From IMG/VR virus record IMGVR_UViG_3300033994_001593, positions 1 to 61,906 of that record: 61,906 bases of DNA. One strand, written 5' to 3'. The number at the start of each line of letters is the position of its first letter. The first letter of the stretch is position 1. Source of the DNA: a virus (taxonomy: Duplodnaviria > Caudoviricetes). Position numbers and translations under genes: made by a program. The notes under the pieces are model-generated. The model saw only the letters and a list, made by a program, of their open reading frames with translations. It searched no databases and had not been told where the DNA came from. Of the stretch, positions 7,965 through 16,945 are shown piece after piece.

Positions 7965-8953
7965 ATCACTCCTCCCAATCCCCAATCGGGCAGCTTGGCC
8001 GCGGGCCATCCCTTGGATGGGCCGAGCGCCACGCAGTACCGATCCTTCACATCGTCCCACCTCGCCCAGAAACTCCCGACCGGGATCTTGAAGCCCGTCC
8101 CTTGGATGATGTCAGGGCCGACCAAGTAGCTTCCCCAGGAATTCTGGGTCAGCACCAAGCCGCAGCCGTACCGCTGATGGATGTCGGGGCGATCGTCCGC
8201 TGCGATGAATGCCATCGCGTGCGCCCACCCCTCGGGCGTTCGCTTGCACACACCGAACGCATCGCGCTGGCGAGAGAACGATTCGCCGCCGCACGTTGAG
8301 AGTGCGAAGCCGTTGGCGAGCATGTCTCGAACTTGCTCCCACCCCTTGGCTACCGTGGCCGATCCGACGAGATGCTGCGCGCAGATCTTTCGCACATCCT
8401 CGGGCGGGACAGTAAGCCCCCACTTCCCCTCGGTTGCGGCAGAGTATTCGGTGAGGTCGAGGTTCACCTCGGGATACTTCTGCCGCAGCAGCAGGCCGCA
8501 TTCCTTGATTGCCACCTCGGCCGCAGCAGAACATGTCCACCCGTCCATCGCCCGACGACGATGCCAGTAGATCCCTTCAGTCGAGAAGACCCCGTTAGCC
8601 TGGGCGACGGGCGACACCAAGGGCGGCCGATACTTCTCGGAGTTCGGCCCGTACATCAGATAGGCACAGTAACTGACGAGAGCTGCGTTGCGTGTAGACC
8701 ATGCCACGCATGAGCCGCGGCCCTGCGCCCCACCGGGCAGGCAGTTCGGATAGAAGGTCATCGCCGCTATGAACGGCAGCGACAGCTTCCCCTTGCCCGT
8801 GTCTTGGAGCGAGTAGTCATCGATGGCATCGCCGGCGCTGGCGTATCCGCCATGCTCCTTGAGGTATACCTCGAGGTCGGCGTCGGCCTGGGGATCCGGA
8901 ACGAATCCCTTGAACCCGCTCTCATAGCTCTTGATGATCTCTTCTGTGTTCAT
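7961..8953 (-). CDS. Papain-like (C1 family) cysteine protease
   Basis: QGRGSCVAW (Gln/Cys), WAHAM (His), QNSWG (Asn) catalytic motifs. Confidence 0.88.
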   Translation of the reverse strand: MNTEEIIKSYESGFKGFVPDPQADADLEVYLKEHGGYASAGDAIDDYSLQDTGKGKLSLPFIAAMTFYPNCLPGGAQGRGSCVAWSTRNAALVSYCAYLMYGPNSEKYRPPLVSPVAQANGVFSTEGIYWHRRRAMDGWTCSAAAEVAIKECGLLLRQKYPEVNLDLTEYSAATEGKWGLTVPPEDVRKICAQHLVGSATVAKGWEQVRDMLANGFALSTCGGESFSRQRDAFGVCKRTPEGWAHAMAFIAADDRPDIHQRYGCGLVLTQNSWGSYLVGPDIIQGTGFKIPVGSFWARWDDVKDRYCVALGPSKGWPAAKLPDWGLGGVI

Positions 8954-9387
8954 CGCAGCGAGGCAGCTAGGTCAGCGAATGCCTGGGCCGTGTCGGCCTG
9001 AAGGGCGGGGTTGAGTGGCACATCTTCAGTGCCGATCCGGCTGGCGAGCGATTGCTCGAGCGCCTCCCGCAGCCCAGGCACATCACCGGCACGGTTGCCC
9101 AGGACGGCGGCCCAGACATAGAGGAGGGCGGCGCGGTGCGCCCGACGCACGGCGCCCGTGTCGGGGAACACTGGCTCGAGGGTCGGGTTGGCTGCGACCG
9201 ACCGGGAGAGGATGAGGTAGGCGTCAGCCAGGGCGGCGCGGTCGCTGGCCTGCATCTTGGCTGCGACGGCGGCCACCTCTGGGAACGTGGCGGTCGGGGC
9301 CGGGGTCGGGGATGGCAGGGCCAAGCCGCCCATGCGGAAGATCAGATAGGCGATACCGATCGCGGCGATGGCGAGGATGCGTTTCAT
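8950..9387 (-). CDS. Membrane-anchored/secreted protein
   Basis: N-terminal hydrophobic helix plus Pro/Thr linker; ATGA overlaps. Confidence 0.75.
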   Translation of the reverse strand: MKRILAIAAIGIAYLIFRMGGLALPSPTPAPTATFPEVAAVAAKMQASDRAALADAYLILSRSVAANPTLEPVFPDTGAVRRAHRAALLYVWAAVLGNRAGDVPGLREALEQSLASRIGTEDVPLNPALQADTAQAFADLAASLR

Positions 9388-9656
9388 TTCTTCCCCCCCT
9401 GGTCGCCGCCGAGGATCTCCCACATCAGCTCACGGCAGAGCGTGGCCCCCTGCTTCATGCCCCCCTTGTCGAGGTCGGCAAGCAGATCGATGAGGGTGTG
9501 CGTCCACCGCTGCTGCCACCGCTCCTTGGTCACCTCGGCCGGCGGCCGGGAGAACCAGGCCGACAGATTGCCAGCCACATGCAGGGTGGAAAGGATGGCT
9601 GGGTAGCAGATTGCTATCCCAATCGCACTAAGCACCAGGATATCGAGCTTGTTCAT
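9384..9656 (-). CDS. Small membrane protein
   Basis: N-terminal TM helix; GGAG RBS. Confidence 0.7.
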   Translation of the reverse strand: MNKLDILVLSAIGIAICYPAILSTLHVAGNLSAWFSRPPAEVTKERWQQRWTHTLIDLLADLDKGGMKQGATLCRELMWEILGGDQGGKK

Positions 9657-9924
9657 ACGCGATCACTCCGCTGATGAGGCCCGCGATGTAGTCTGCCAGT
9701 TCAGTACCGGGCTTCGTCAGCAGGATTTCCCGCACCATCCGCAGGATCTCGTCATCGATCTGGACATCGCTCTTCGATGCCAAGAACTCGAGCAGCCGCA
9801 CGATCTCAACAGCCCGAGCCTGGCCGGCTGGGGCAGATGCGATGGCTGGGAGAATGTGCAGGGCTGGCGCCCACTCGAGGAGCAGGCGAATCTGACTTGG
9901 GAGTGACAGTACTGGGCCTGGCAT
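9628..9924 (-). CDS. Hypothetical protein
   Basis: ATG 9924 with AGGAGAG RBS. Confidence 0.7.
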   Translation of the reverse strand: MPGPVLSLPSQIRLLLEWAPALHILPAIASAPAGQARAVEIVRLLEFLASKSDVQIDDEILRMVREILLTKPGTELADYIAGLISGVIAYEQARYPGA

Positions 9925-10279
9925 TTGCCGCTCTCCTGCCGAAGACATAGTGGTTCCGAGGCCGACGCCTCCTCCTGCTTATGGCTTCCTTGCTGTCCGG
10001 ATCGGCATACACCGCGATCCGCTTTCTGGCTGAGTCAGGGTCGAGGGAGACGGCCATGCAAGCCTCTGGGAAACTGATCACGCCCTGCTCGCCGGCCAGC
10101 CACTGCTTGGCTATGGCCTTGGCTTCGATCTCCTGACGCCGGGGCGGGGCCGGGGTGCTGGCGACCACGGCGGTGCGGCACAGCACCATCGCACAGATAG
10201 CCCGATACCCACCGGCCAACTCGCCGGGAGACAGAGCCTCAAGTTCGTCATCGACTATCCCGTCAAGTCCGCTTGCCAT
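9806..10279 (-). CDS. Hypothetical protein
   Basis: ATG 10279 with AAGGA RBS; SFPEAC motif. Confidence 0.7.
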   Translation of the reverse strand: MASGLDGIVDDELEALSPGELAGGYRAICAMVLCRTAVVASTPAPPRRQEIEAKAIAKQWLAGEQGVISFPEACMAVSLDPDSARKRIAVYADPDSKEAISRRRRRPRNHYVFGRRAANARPSTVTPKSDSPAPRVGASPAHSPSHRICPSRPGSGC

Positions 10280-10580
10280 TCGATTCCTTTCTGCGGGCGA
10301 TCTCACGGTCGATATACCAGCGAGCCTTCTCCAGATCCTCAATCGGCCGGCCCTTCAGTTCGCATCGTGCGATGTACTTGAGGGCGTTACCAAGGTGGAA
10401 GCCGAGGCCCCACGCTTCGATCACATCGATCGGCTCGACGGCCGTGGCGGTGTAGTGCGGAGGGTGGTTGATCGCGTCAGCCTTCTCAACCTTCATCGGC
10501 GGCAGATCCTTGATCGGTTCGTGCGGCGCCGTCACCAGATGCATTCTCAGCTTGTGCAACTTCTCCATCGACATTGACAT
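10263..10580 (-). CDS. DUF3310 family protein
   Basis: INHPPHY...IDVIE...GFHLGNALKYIAR...EDLEKARWYI. Confidence 0.9.
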   Translation of the reverse strand: MSMSMEKLHKLRMHLVTAPHEPIKDLPPMKVEKADAINHPPHYTATAVEPIDVIEAWGLGFHLGNALKYIARCELKGRPIEDLEKARWYIDREIARRKESNGKRT

Positions 10581-10815
10581 CTCCCTCTCCCTTCATGCTT
10601 GGGGCCGGCGGTATTGTGAACCACTGGTTGCCCGTTACTCCCATCGATACCTTGAGTCGTGACCGCAGCTCATTGATCTCCGCGGCCGCAGCCTGGGCAG
10701 ATGCGGCGTAGGATTGAATGATGATGTAGAGCCGCTCAATCTCGTCGGCACCACGCAGCAGCATCGCGCGGGTGGCCGCGGCGTGCGAGTCGGCCAGCAT
10801 CCGCATGTGTTCCAC
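10486..10815 (-). CDS. Hypothetical protein
   Basis: ADEIERL coiled coil; start uncertain. Confidence 0.5.
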   Translation of the reverse strand: MEHMRMLADSHAAATRAMLLRGADEIERLYIIIQSYAASAQAAAAEINELRSRLKVSMGVTGNQWFTIPPAPSMKGEGDVNVDGEVAQAENASGDGAARTDQGSAADEG

Positions 10816-10820
10816 TACCG

Positions 10821-11009
10821 CTAGTCGGCATGACCCTTTGGCGGGTGCTTCCTCTTGCGGGGCGGGGCGACCGGCTTCCTGCTGCATATCGCTTTCCATC
10901 TCCCGACCTCCCTGTCGAGTTCTTCTTTCGTGATTGGCTTGTAGGTTCCCATGCGGATGCATTCCTCCCGGTATCTCCGGTGAATGCGAGCCAGTGGATC
11001 CTCGGTCAT
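10821..11009 (-). CDS. Small basic hypothetical protein
   Basis: ATGA overlap with upstream ORF. Confidence 0.55.
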   Translation of the reverse strand: MTEDPLARIHRRYREECIRMGTYKPITKEELDREVGRWKAICSRKPVAPPRKRKHPPKGHAD

Positions 11010-11149
11010 TTGCTTGCCAAGCCCAGGCCCAGGTTGCCAATGCTGTATCCCACCCAAGCGATGCCCATGCCGACCTCACCCTTGCGGAACTGATCGATCG
11101 CCACGCACAGGTAGACCACGCCAACGCACCAGATCAGCGGTGTACTCAT
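11006..11149 (-). CDS. Small two-helix membrane protein
   Basis: MSTPLIWCVGVVYL...WVGYSIGNLGL. Confidence 0.65.
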   Translation of the reverse strand: MSTPLIWCVGVVYLCVAIDQFRKGEVGMGIAWVGYSIGNLGLGLASK

Positions 11150-11287
11150 TGATCGTATGGGTAACCATCCTCCGGATCCTCGGAGTACACACCCTCCGAC
11201 TCGTTGTCCCACCAGGCCGGCCCGACATCGGGCAGGCTTAGTCCTCCCACTCCACATCCCCGAAGAGGAAGTCGAACATGGAGTCCA

Positions 11288-11584
11288 TCACTCACCTCGC
11301 CAAGTGGTGGTGACTTCTCCAAGGATGGCCCAGAACAGAGCATCGTGATCTTCCTTCGCCGGCAGCGGGCAGTCGTGTCGCAGAACGTGGCAGTATTCCT
11401 CGAGCAGCGTGTCGAGCATCATGCTCTCACTCGCCGCTGTGATTCGGATTAACGCTCGGCCCTCACCGAGGATGCACAGGCCGTGAAGCCCCGGCTGTCG
11501 CTTGACAACCCTGACCACGATCGGCGTCCTGGCTGGGTAGTGGCGACGAAGCCACCTCAACATTTTGCGCAGACTCGAAGGCAT
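11288..11584 (-). CDS. Zincin-like protein with degenerate HExxH
   Basis: DTLLEEYCH...HDALF pattern. Confidence 0.5.
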   Translation of the reverse strand: MPSSLRKMLRWLRRHYPARTPIVVRVVKRQPGLHGLCILGEGRALIRITAASESMMLDTLLEEYCHVLRHDCPLPAKEDHDALFWAILGEVTTTWRGE

Positions 11585-11903
11585 GGCAGAGGAGGGGTAG
11601 GTCGGTGAGTCGGATCGTGATCAGCCACCCGTGTGGGCTGCGGCTGGTGCGATGCATCACGACCGGGGTCTTGCGCCCAGCCTGCTTCACTGCCAGCCCC
11701 ATTGCTCTTGGTAGGTTGAGCCGCTCGACCCACTTCACCTCCCAAAAAAGGCTAGGCGTCTGGTCTACAAGGATGTCCGGTGAGTCCGGATGCCAGCCTG
11801 AGAACTGCTGCGACCGCCGGCAGGCCCAGCCAAACAGATCTCGGAGAGTCTGGCAGGCGGCCAACTCTGCGCGCTTGCCTTTGGCTCGGCTATTCAGGGC
11901 CAC
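11463..11903 (-). CDS. Holliday junction resolvase (PD-(D/E)xK)
   Basis: NSRAKGKRAE...SPDI...EVK motifs. Confidence 0.82.
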   Translation of the reverse strand: MALNSRAKGKRAELAACQTLRDLFGWACRRSQQFSGWHPDSPDILVDQTPSLFWEVKWVERLNLPRAMGLAVKQAGRKTPVVMHRTSRSPHGWLITIRLTDLPLLCHAFESAQNVEVASSPLPSQDADRGQGCQATAGASRPVHPR

Positions 11904-12319
11904 GGGTCACCCCCTCTCCTGGTTCGATCCTCCAAGAATTTCTTGGGGATGGGTTCCTTTTCGTAGGGCAAAGCCTTTCGTCGCTTGAGGGCGGCGAGTT
12001 TCTCGACATCGACATATCCATCTTCTTCTTCCTTGGCCGCCAAGATTGAACCTTTCGGCAGCTCCCCGTACCCCGGCAACCTGTCATGCACCGCGTGGTG
12101 GCACCGGCAGCAGAGCGAGATCCACGACTCCCCGTTCGGAAGATCCTTCCGACCAGGGCCAGCAACGATGTGATGCAGCTCAAGCCATCGACCCTTTCGT
12201 TCAGCCGGCCAATGGCAGACGGCACAACGACCATGCATCATCATGTAGTCGTTGGCCGTCAGGCCCTTGTCCGCAGCTTCGCCTTTGAGTTTCTTCAAAA
12301 CGAGATGCTCGTCATTCAT
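11894..12319 (-). CDS. HNH endonuclease
   Basis: CAVC...LELHHI...LCCRCHHAVH. Confidence 0.85.
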   Translation of the reverse strand: MNDEHLVLKKLKGEAADKGLTANDYMMMHGRCAVCHWPAERKGRWLELHHIVAGPGRKDLPNGESWISLCCRCHHAVHDRLPGYGELPKGSILAAKEEEDGYVDVEKLAALKRRKALPYEKEPIPKKFLEDRTRRGGDPWP

Positions 12320-12330
12320 GGATGGAGTTC

Positions 12331-12352
12331 ATCGTAAGGGCGTGTCAAGCGC
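12331..12352 (-). promoter_or_regulatory. Conserved promoter motif, copy 1
   Basis: GCGCTTGACACGCCC-T-TACGAT; recurs at 56521 and 59977. Confidence 0.7.
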
Positions 12353-12355
12353 GAC

Positions 12356-12691
12356 CTAGATGAAGTCATCGGCGGCTTCCACCCGCTTGAACTTGACCCA
12401 GCCCGAACCGTCGAGCCAGTTGCCGTTCTTGTCCTTCCGCTTGGGGAACAGGGTGCCGTCGTTTTTCTTCTGGCCGAAGGCGAGGCAGGCGCCGCAGCTC
12501 TGGCACCGCATCTCGTAGAACGTGTTGCCTTGGTTCTCACGCACAACTGGTGCGGTGTTCTTCGAGCCGCAGGCTCCGCAGGTCGAGTGGCTGAAAACCT
12601 CGACGGCCCCGGCGAGCTGGCCGAACACATCCTTCACATCCTTGCCGTCCACCTCCACCTCAACCCGCTCATTCTTGAACCGTACCTTCAT
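12356..12691 (-). CDS. Zinc-ribbon protein in replication cluster
   Basis: CGAC and CQSC pairs; acidic C-terminal tip DDFI; AGGAG RBS. Confidence 0.8.
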   Translation of the reverse strand: MKVRFKNERVEVEVDGKDVKDVFGQLAGAVEVFSHSTCGACGSKNTAPVVRENQGNTFYEMRCQSCGACLAFGQKKNDGTLFPKRKDKNGNWLDGSGWVKFKRVEAADDFI

Positions 12692-13082
12692 CGCAGCATC
12701 TCCTAATTAAGGGAATCAACTCTGAAATCAACGTCTTCTGAATGTCTTGGGTAGTGTCTGCCTCTTTAGGAAACGGAGAGTGAGTGCGCAGGGAGAGCCG
12801 ACATGGGGGATACCCATGTGACCCTCGCCTCCGCGATCTCCGTCTGCCTCTTTGAGGTAACCGTGTCGCTTCGTGCGGCCCAGGTTCATGCGTGACCAGG
12901 GCTTGCAGCTTCTTTCGCGGACGCATCCGCTTCGGCTTGGGCTATCTGCTTTCGGGCTTGCCCTGCGTGTGTTTGCCGACCGCCACCATCCAGCTCGGCT
13001 TCGACCAGAGGGGGATTCCCTCGAGGCCGCCGATCAACTGGCTCCGCTAATGGAACACGCTCTGCCTCACGACCCATCAGTC

Positions 13083-14672
13083 CTATCGTGAGCGTTGTTT
13101 CTGCAAATCTCTCCTTGCTACCTCTCTCCGTATTGCCTCGACATGAATGCGGTTCTTGCAGTTGGATTCGTTGACCACCCACCGGAGATATCCGGTATCG
13201 ACGGTGCGAATCTTCTGCCCTTTGAACTTGCCGAACAGCATGTGATTTTCTATGTACCAAGTGCGGCGTGGGTTCTCGGGCCGCTCCGCTTCGGCAAAGA
13301 CATCCCTTTCGTATATCGCGAACCGCCCCTGCGCTGTCAGCCGTTTTCTCTGCTCGACCTCGAGGGCGTGACGGGCGGCCTCCTCGCGGGCGATCGCAGC
13401 CCGCTCGGCTTCGATGACGGGATCGAGGGCGACGGCCTCCTTGCGGCCCTCGGTGGCCTTCTTGACCCGCTTCAGCAGCTCGCCCTCCAGCTCGGGGGCT
13501 AGGACATCCACGGCCGAGCGGAGGTCGCAGTGCCTCGAGGTGTCGGTAAAATCGAACACCTCGGTGAACGGCTTGGCCGACGCGGCGATCGCAGCTCGAC
13601 GCTCCTCGGCGGTGTGCAGGCCGTCGATCACACCAGGCAGGGTGCGGGTGCCGCGGCCGAACATCTGGATGTAGAGCGCCTTGCTCTTCGTCGGGCGGGC
13701 GATGAACAGCTTTGCCAGTGGCGGGAAATCCCAGCCCGTGGTCAAGCAGCCGACGTTCAAGATCACGTTGTTGTCGCCCTGCTCAAAGTCCCGCAGATGC
13801 TGGCGGCGCTCGAGCGGATCCATCCTTGAGTGGACGATCGAGGCGAAGATGCCCCATCGGGCCAGCACCTCGCGAAGCATTTCCGCATGCTTGATGCTTT
13901 GGCAGAAGACCACGCTCGGCTTGCCGTCATGGTGCTGCACGATCAGAGAAGCCACGGCCTGGACGTTCGACTCCGACCGAAGCAGGGCATCTACCTTGTC
14001 CTGGTCGAAGTCACCGAATCGCCCCTTGAATGCCGAGAGGTCGAAGTCCTCGAGCAGAACCGTCCAGAGCTTGGTCGGGTTCAGATAGCCGTCGCTCACC
14101 GCGGCCTGGTACGGGTAGTCAAAGGCCACGGGGCCGTACCACTTCGTGAGAGGATCTCCCGTCCCACGCTGCGGGCTGGCCGTCATCCCCACGATCTTCG
14201 TGCCTGCCTCGCGGAAGTAGCCCAGCATCTTGAGAGCGGCGGGCGTGTAGTTGAGGTGCGACTCATCGATGACCAGCAGCTTGGTCTTGCCAAGGAACTG
14301 CTCATATCGCTTGCGAGAGAGGAGGCTGGCGTAGCAGGCAGATGTCACCCGCTCACCGCTCTTCAGCGCCCCCTGCTCAATACCGCACGGGATCCCTCTC
14401 GATCTGAATCGGGCGGCCGTCTGCCCGACCAGATCGATAAAGGGGCCGCAGATGATCGCACCATCATGCGCGTCCATCGCATCGATGAGAGCGATCGCCA
14501 CCTCGGTCTTACCCGTCCCAGTAGCCTGGGTGATCAGACATGAATCGTGCGAACGAAGCATGTCCACCACCGCATCGACGGCCTGCCGCTGGTACGGGCG
14601 AAGGTGAAAGCCAGCCGTCTTGGCCGGCTCACCCTCCAACCGAAATAGCATGTTGTCATCCATGACGATCAT
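13083..14672 (-). CDS. Superfamily 2 (DEAD/DEAH-like) helicase
   Basis: LRPYQ, ATGTGKT, DESH, TAS, TGWD, QMFGRGTR; C-terminal FGKFKG...YLRW module. Confidence 0.93.
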   Translation of the reverse strand: MIVMDDNMLFRLEGEPAKTAGFHLRPYQRQAVDAVVDMLRSHDSCLITQATGTGKTEVAIALIDAMDAHDGAIICGPFIDLVGQTAARFRSRGIPCGIEQGALKSGERVTSACYASLLSRKRYEQFLGKTKLLVIDESHLNYTPAALKMLGYFREAGTKIVGMTASPQRGTGDPLTKWYGPVAFDYPYQAAVSDGYLNPTKLWTVLLEDFDLSAFKGRFGDFDQDKVDALLRSESNVQAVASLIVQHHDGKPSVVFCQSIKHAEMLREVLARWGIFASIVHSRMDPLERRQHLRDFEQGDNNVILNVGCLTTGWDFPPLAKLFIARPTKSKALYIQMFGRGTRTLPGVIDGLHTAEERRAAIAASAKPFTEVFDFTDTSRHCDLRSAVDVLAPELEGELLKRVKKATEGRKEAVALDPVIEAERAAIAREEAARHALEVEQRKRLTAQGRFAIYERDVFAEAERPENPRRTWYIENHMLFGKFKGQKIRTVDTGYLRWVVNESNCKNRIHVEAIRREVARRDLQKQRSR

Positions 14673-14920
14673 CTCCAGTGGTCGGCCCTACTCCCTACCC
14701 ACCGGGACTTCTCCGTCTCCTCGCTCCAACTCGACCGCAGCCTCTGCGTTGCTGCTGCTATCTCGTCGGGGCTTGGATCGTCGAGTTCGTTTCCGAGCAG
14801 GCGATGCTCGAAGAACAGGCCCAGGAGCGTCTGGTGGCTCATCCCGTGGCGCTTCGCCACGATCCCCACCTTCGTCTCCCGGCACTCTTGGAACAGCCTC
14901 TGCACCTCCTGTGCTTCCAT
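14669..14920 (-). CDS. Hypothetical HTH-like protein
   Basis: GGAGGG RBS; DPSPDEI...WSEE motif. Confidence 0.65.
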   Translation of the reverse strand: MEAQEVQRLFQECRETKVGIVAKRHGMSHQTLLGLFFEHRLLGNELDDPSPDEIAAATQRLRSSWSEETEKSRWVGSRADHWR

Positions 14921-15161
14921 CTGCCAATCCCTCCATGAAGAAAGCGGACATCCTTTCCGCGAACATCCCACGCAGGATGTCGTGTTCTGCGAGCAACCGA
15001 CGAGCGTCTGCCTTGAGCGAAAGCAGGGCCGTCATCACCAGCTCGAACTGCTCTGGGTCATGCATCACGAACTGGTCGGCCGACGAGGCGATCTTGTAGG
15101 CCGCGTCACCAGCGATGAGCATCCTTTGCTTCAACGCCAAGAGTTCTTGTGGGGCGATCAA
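14688..15161 (-). CDS. Hypothetical protein
   Basis: TTG start overlapping ERF stop, GGAGG RBS; C-terminus overlaps next gene. Confidence 0.6.
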   Translation of the reverse strand: MIAPQELLALKQRMLIAGDAAYKIASSADQFVMHDPEQFELVMTALLSLKADARRLLAEHDILRGMFAERMSAFFMEGLADGSTGGAEAVPRVPGDEGGDRGEAPRDEPPDAPGPVLRASPARKRTRRSKPRRDSSSNAEAAVELERGDGEVPVGRE

Positions 15162-15850
15162 GCAGCACCTCCCGTCTTGGCGGGCTTCGCACCGGCCTTC
15201 TCCACCGCCGCCGTGATCTCTGCGATCCGCTTCTCTGCCAGCTCGACCAGCTCGGGAAGGTCGGCGGGGTTCAGCTCCCCGGCCTCCACCTTCTCACGAA
15301 CCTTCTCAAGCTTGGCCTCGACGGTCTTCACGTTGGCCGCCGCGGTGATGGCATCCTTCGCCATCCGCTTCATGTCGGCCCAGGCCACGGCCTTGGTGTT
15401 GTCCACCGCAGGCTCGGCCTCCATCGCCGGCCCATCGGTATCAGTCTCCGCGGCCAGCCCAAGCAGGGCTTCGATGGCGGCTCGACGCATCAGCGTCATC
15501 GCAGCCTTCCGCTTGTGGATGCTCTGGTACTGGGGGATCGGCAGCGTCGAGGTGACGAACTCCCCAGACCCATGCTCCAGCACCGCCACGGCGTAGACGC
15601 CCGTCTCGTCATAGCCGTAATCACAGTGCAGCCAGAGGCCGTTCTGCGACAGGGCCTCCTTGGTTGCCGTGTTGATTGCCGTGAGGCTGGCGTAGCGGTA
15701 CTTGCGGCCATCCTCATCGACGCCGGTGCTGTCCAGCTTTACCGTCTGGAACTCGGCCGTGGCTTTCGCCATAGCCTTCGTGATCTCGCCGGTTGTTGGA
15801 CTCTTCTCGCGATAGACGCACATATGCGTCGGCTTCTGGATTACTCCCAT
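15158..15850 (-). CDS. erf: ERF family ssDNA-annealing protein
   Basis: YRYASL...L..NGL...HGSGE...RR...LLGLA..DTDG; TAATG coupling to exonuclease. Confidence 0.85.
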   Translation of the reverse strand: MGVIQKPTHMCVYREKSPTTGEITKAMAKATAEFQTVKLDSTGVDEDGRKYRYASLTAINTATKEALSQNGLWLHCDYGYDETGVYAVAVLEHGSGEFVTSTLPIPQYQSIHKRKAAMTLMRRAAIEALLGLAAETDTDGPAMEAEPAVDNTKAVAWADMKRMAKDAITAAANVKTVEAKLEKVREKVEAGELNPADLPELVELAEKRIAEITAAVEKAGAKPAKTGGAA

Positions 15851-16797
15851 TACCAATCACTCCCTTCTTCGAGCATGTAACGCGGACAATACAGCTCATG
15901 GATTTGCCCGTAGTCCTCGGGCGTCCAACAGTCCCACTCCTTGCGGCGTTGGATTTCGTTAAGCAGGGCGAGGCAGCGGCGCCGGCCCCTGGCGACGATA
16001 ACGTCGGGCAGTCGTGCCACATGGCAGTGGTACGGCTCGACCGTCGAGCAGATGATGAACACCATCGAGTGCGGTTCCCACCCAGCGGCAACCGCAGCCT
16101 CGCCGTAGAACGCGGCCTGGATGTCATAGCGCCACTTGCGGACGCTTGAGTGAAACGTCCACCGCGGATCTACATCGGAGGTGGTCTTGAAGTCATAGAT
16201 GAACTTCTCGGTCGCACCGTCGCACCGAACGCGACAGTCGTGGCCGTGCCACTTCCACGCGATGTTGAACTCGCGATCAACCGTGTCATCAAGGATGCGA
16301 CGAGCGGCGCCGTTGTTCAGAATCTGCCGCGTCTGATTCCACAATTTGTTGTGGTCAGAAGGCGAGATAGCCATCACGCCTGGAGGCAGAGTCTTTATGT
16401 ACTCCTTCGCCTCTTTGCCAACCTGTCCGGTGACCGTCAGCTTCTCGACGGGGATCGGCTTGACGTTTTGCCAGAACAGGCCGTCGCCAAGTTCACCCCA
16501 TTGGTGGAGCAGCGTCCCGAATGAGAGGGCTTCGCTACTTTTGGGGGGGGCTATCCCCTTAACGTACCTGCGGTAGAATGCCGCTGGAGAGAGCGCAAGC
16601 TCTTTGAGTTGGGAGGACGAGATTCCTGGTCGAGCGTGGTATTCCTCGTTCGAGCAGTGATCGATGACGCAATCAGAGTATTCAATAGCAGCGGCCGGAC
16701 TTGAACCGGCGACACCCGGCTTATGAAGCCGGGTGTCGATCTCGACTGCTATCGCTTCCTCTGTTGCGTCAGGCTGGGAAGCCCTGACGCTAGGCAT
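15850..16797 (-). CDS. Exonuclease VIII-like PD-(D/E)xK nuclease (DUF3799-like)
   Basis: YHA..GISSSQLK, FGTLLH, RCD...DFKTT, YDIQAAFY; TAAGGAG RBS at ATG 16797. Confidence 0.9.
   Translation of the reverse strand: MPSVRASQPDATEEAIAVEIDTRLHKPGVAGSSPAAAIEYSDCVIDHCSNEEYHARPGISSSQLKELALSPAAFYRRYVKGIAPPKSSEALSFGTLLHQWGELGDGLFWQNVKPIPVEKLTVTGQVGKEAKEYIKTLPPGVMAISPSDHNKLWNQTRQILNNGAARRILDDTVDREFNIAWKWHGHDCRVRCDGATEKFIYDFKTTSDVDPRWTFHSSVRKWRYDIQAAFYGEAAVAAGWEPHSMVFIICSTVEPYHCHVARLPDVIVARGRRRCLALLNEIQRRKEWDCWTPEDYGQIHELYCPRYMLEEGSDW
16685..16752 (-). other. Truncated tRNA(CAT)-like element lacking a D-arm; candidate attP core
   Basis: Anticodon arm CCGGC-TTCATAA-GCCGG, T-arm GCCGG-TTCAAGT-CCGGC, acceptor-like ATAGCAG/CTGCTAT; ~200 bp from the integrase. 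Confidence 0.75.
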
Positions 16798-16945
16798 TAT
16801 CCGCTCCTTACTGGGGTGGTTCTACTAGTGAGGGGGCGAACCGCTCGCCGTTATCCCCTCAAGGTGCCGGTGCTTTCCTGTGTGACCGACAGGATTGTCA
16901 GCCACGCTACCTAGTTGCATGGACGCCCACGCGGGAGTCGAAGAA

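Noticed and set aside
16685-16752. Functional tRNA-Met/Ile gene
   Set aside because: No D-arm, no CCA, and it lies inside a coding sequence; better explained as an att core
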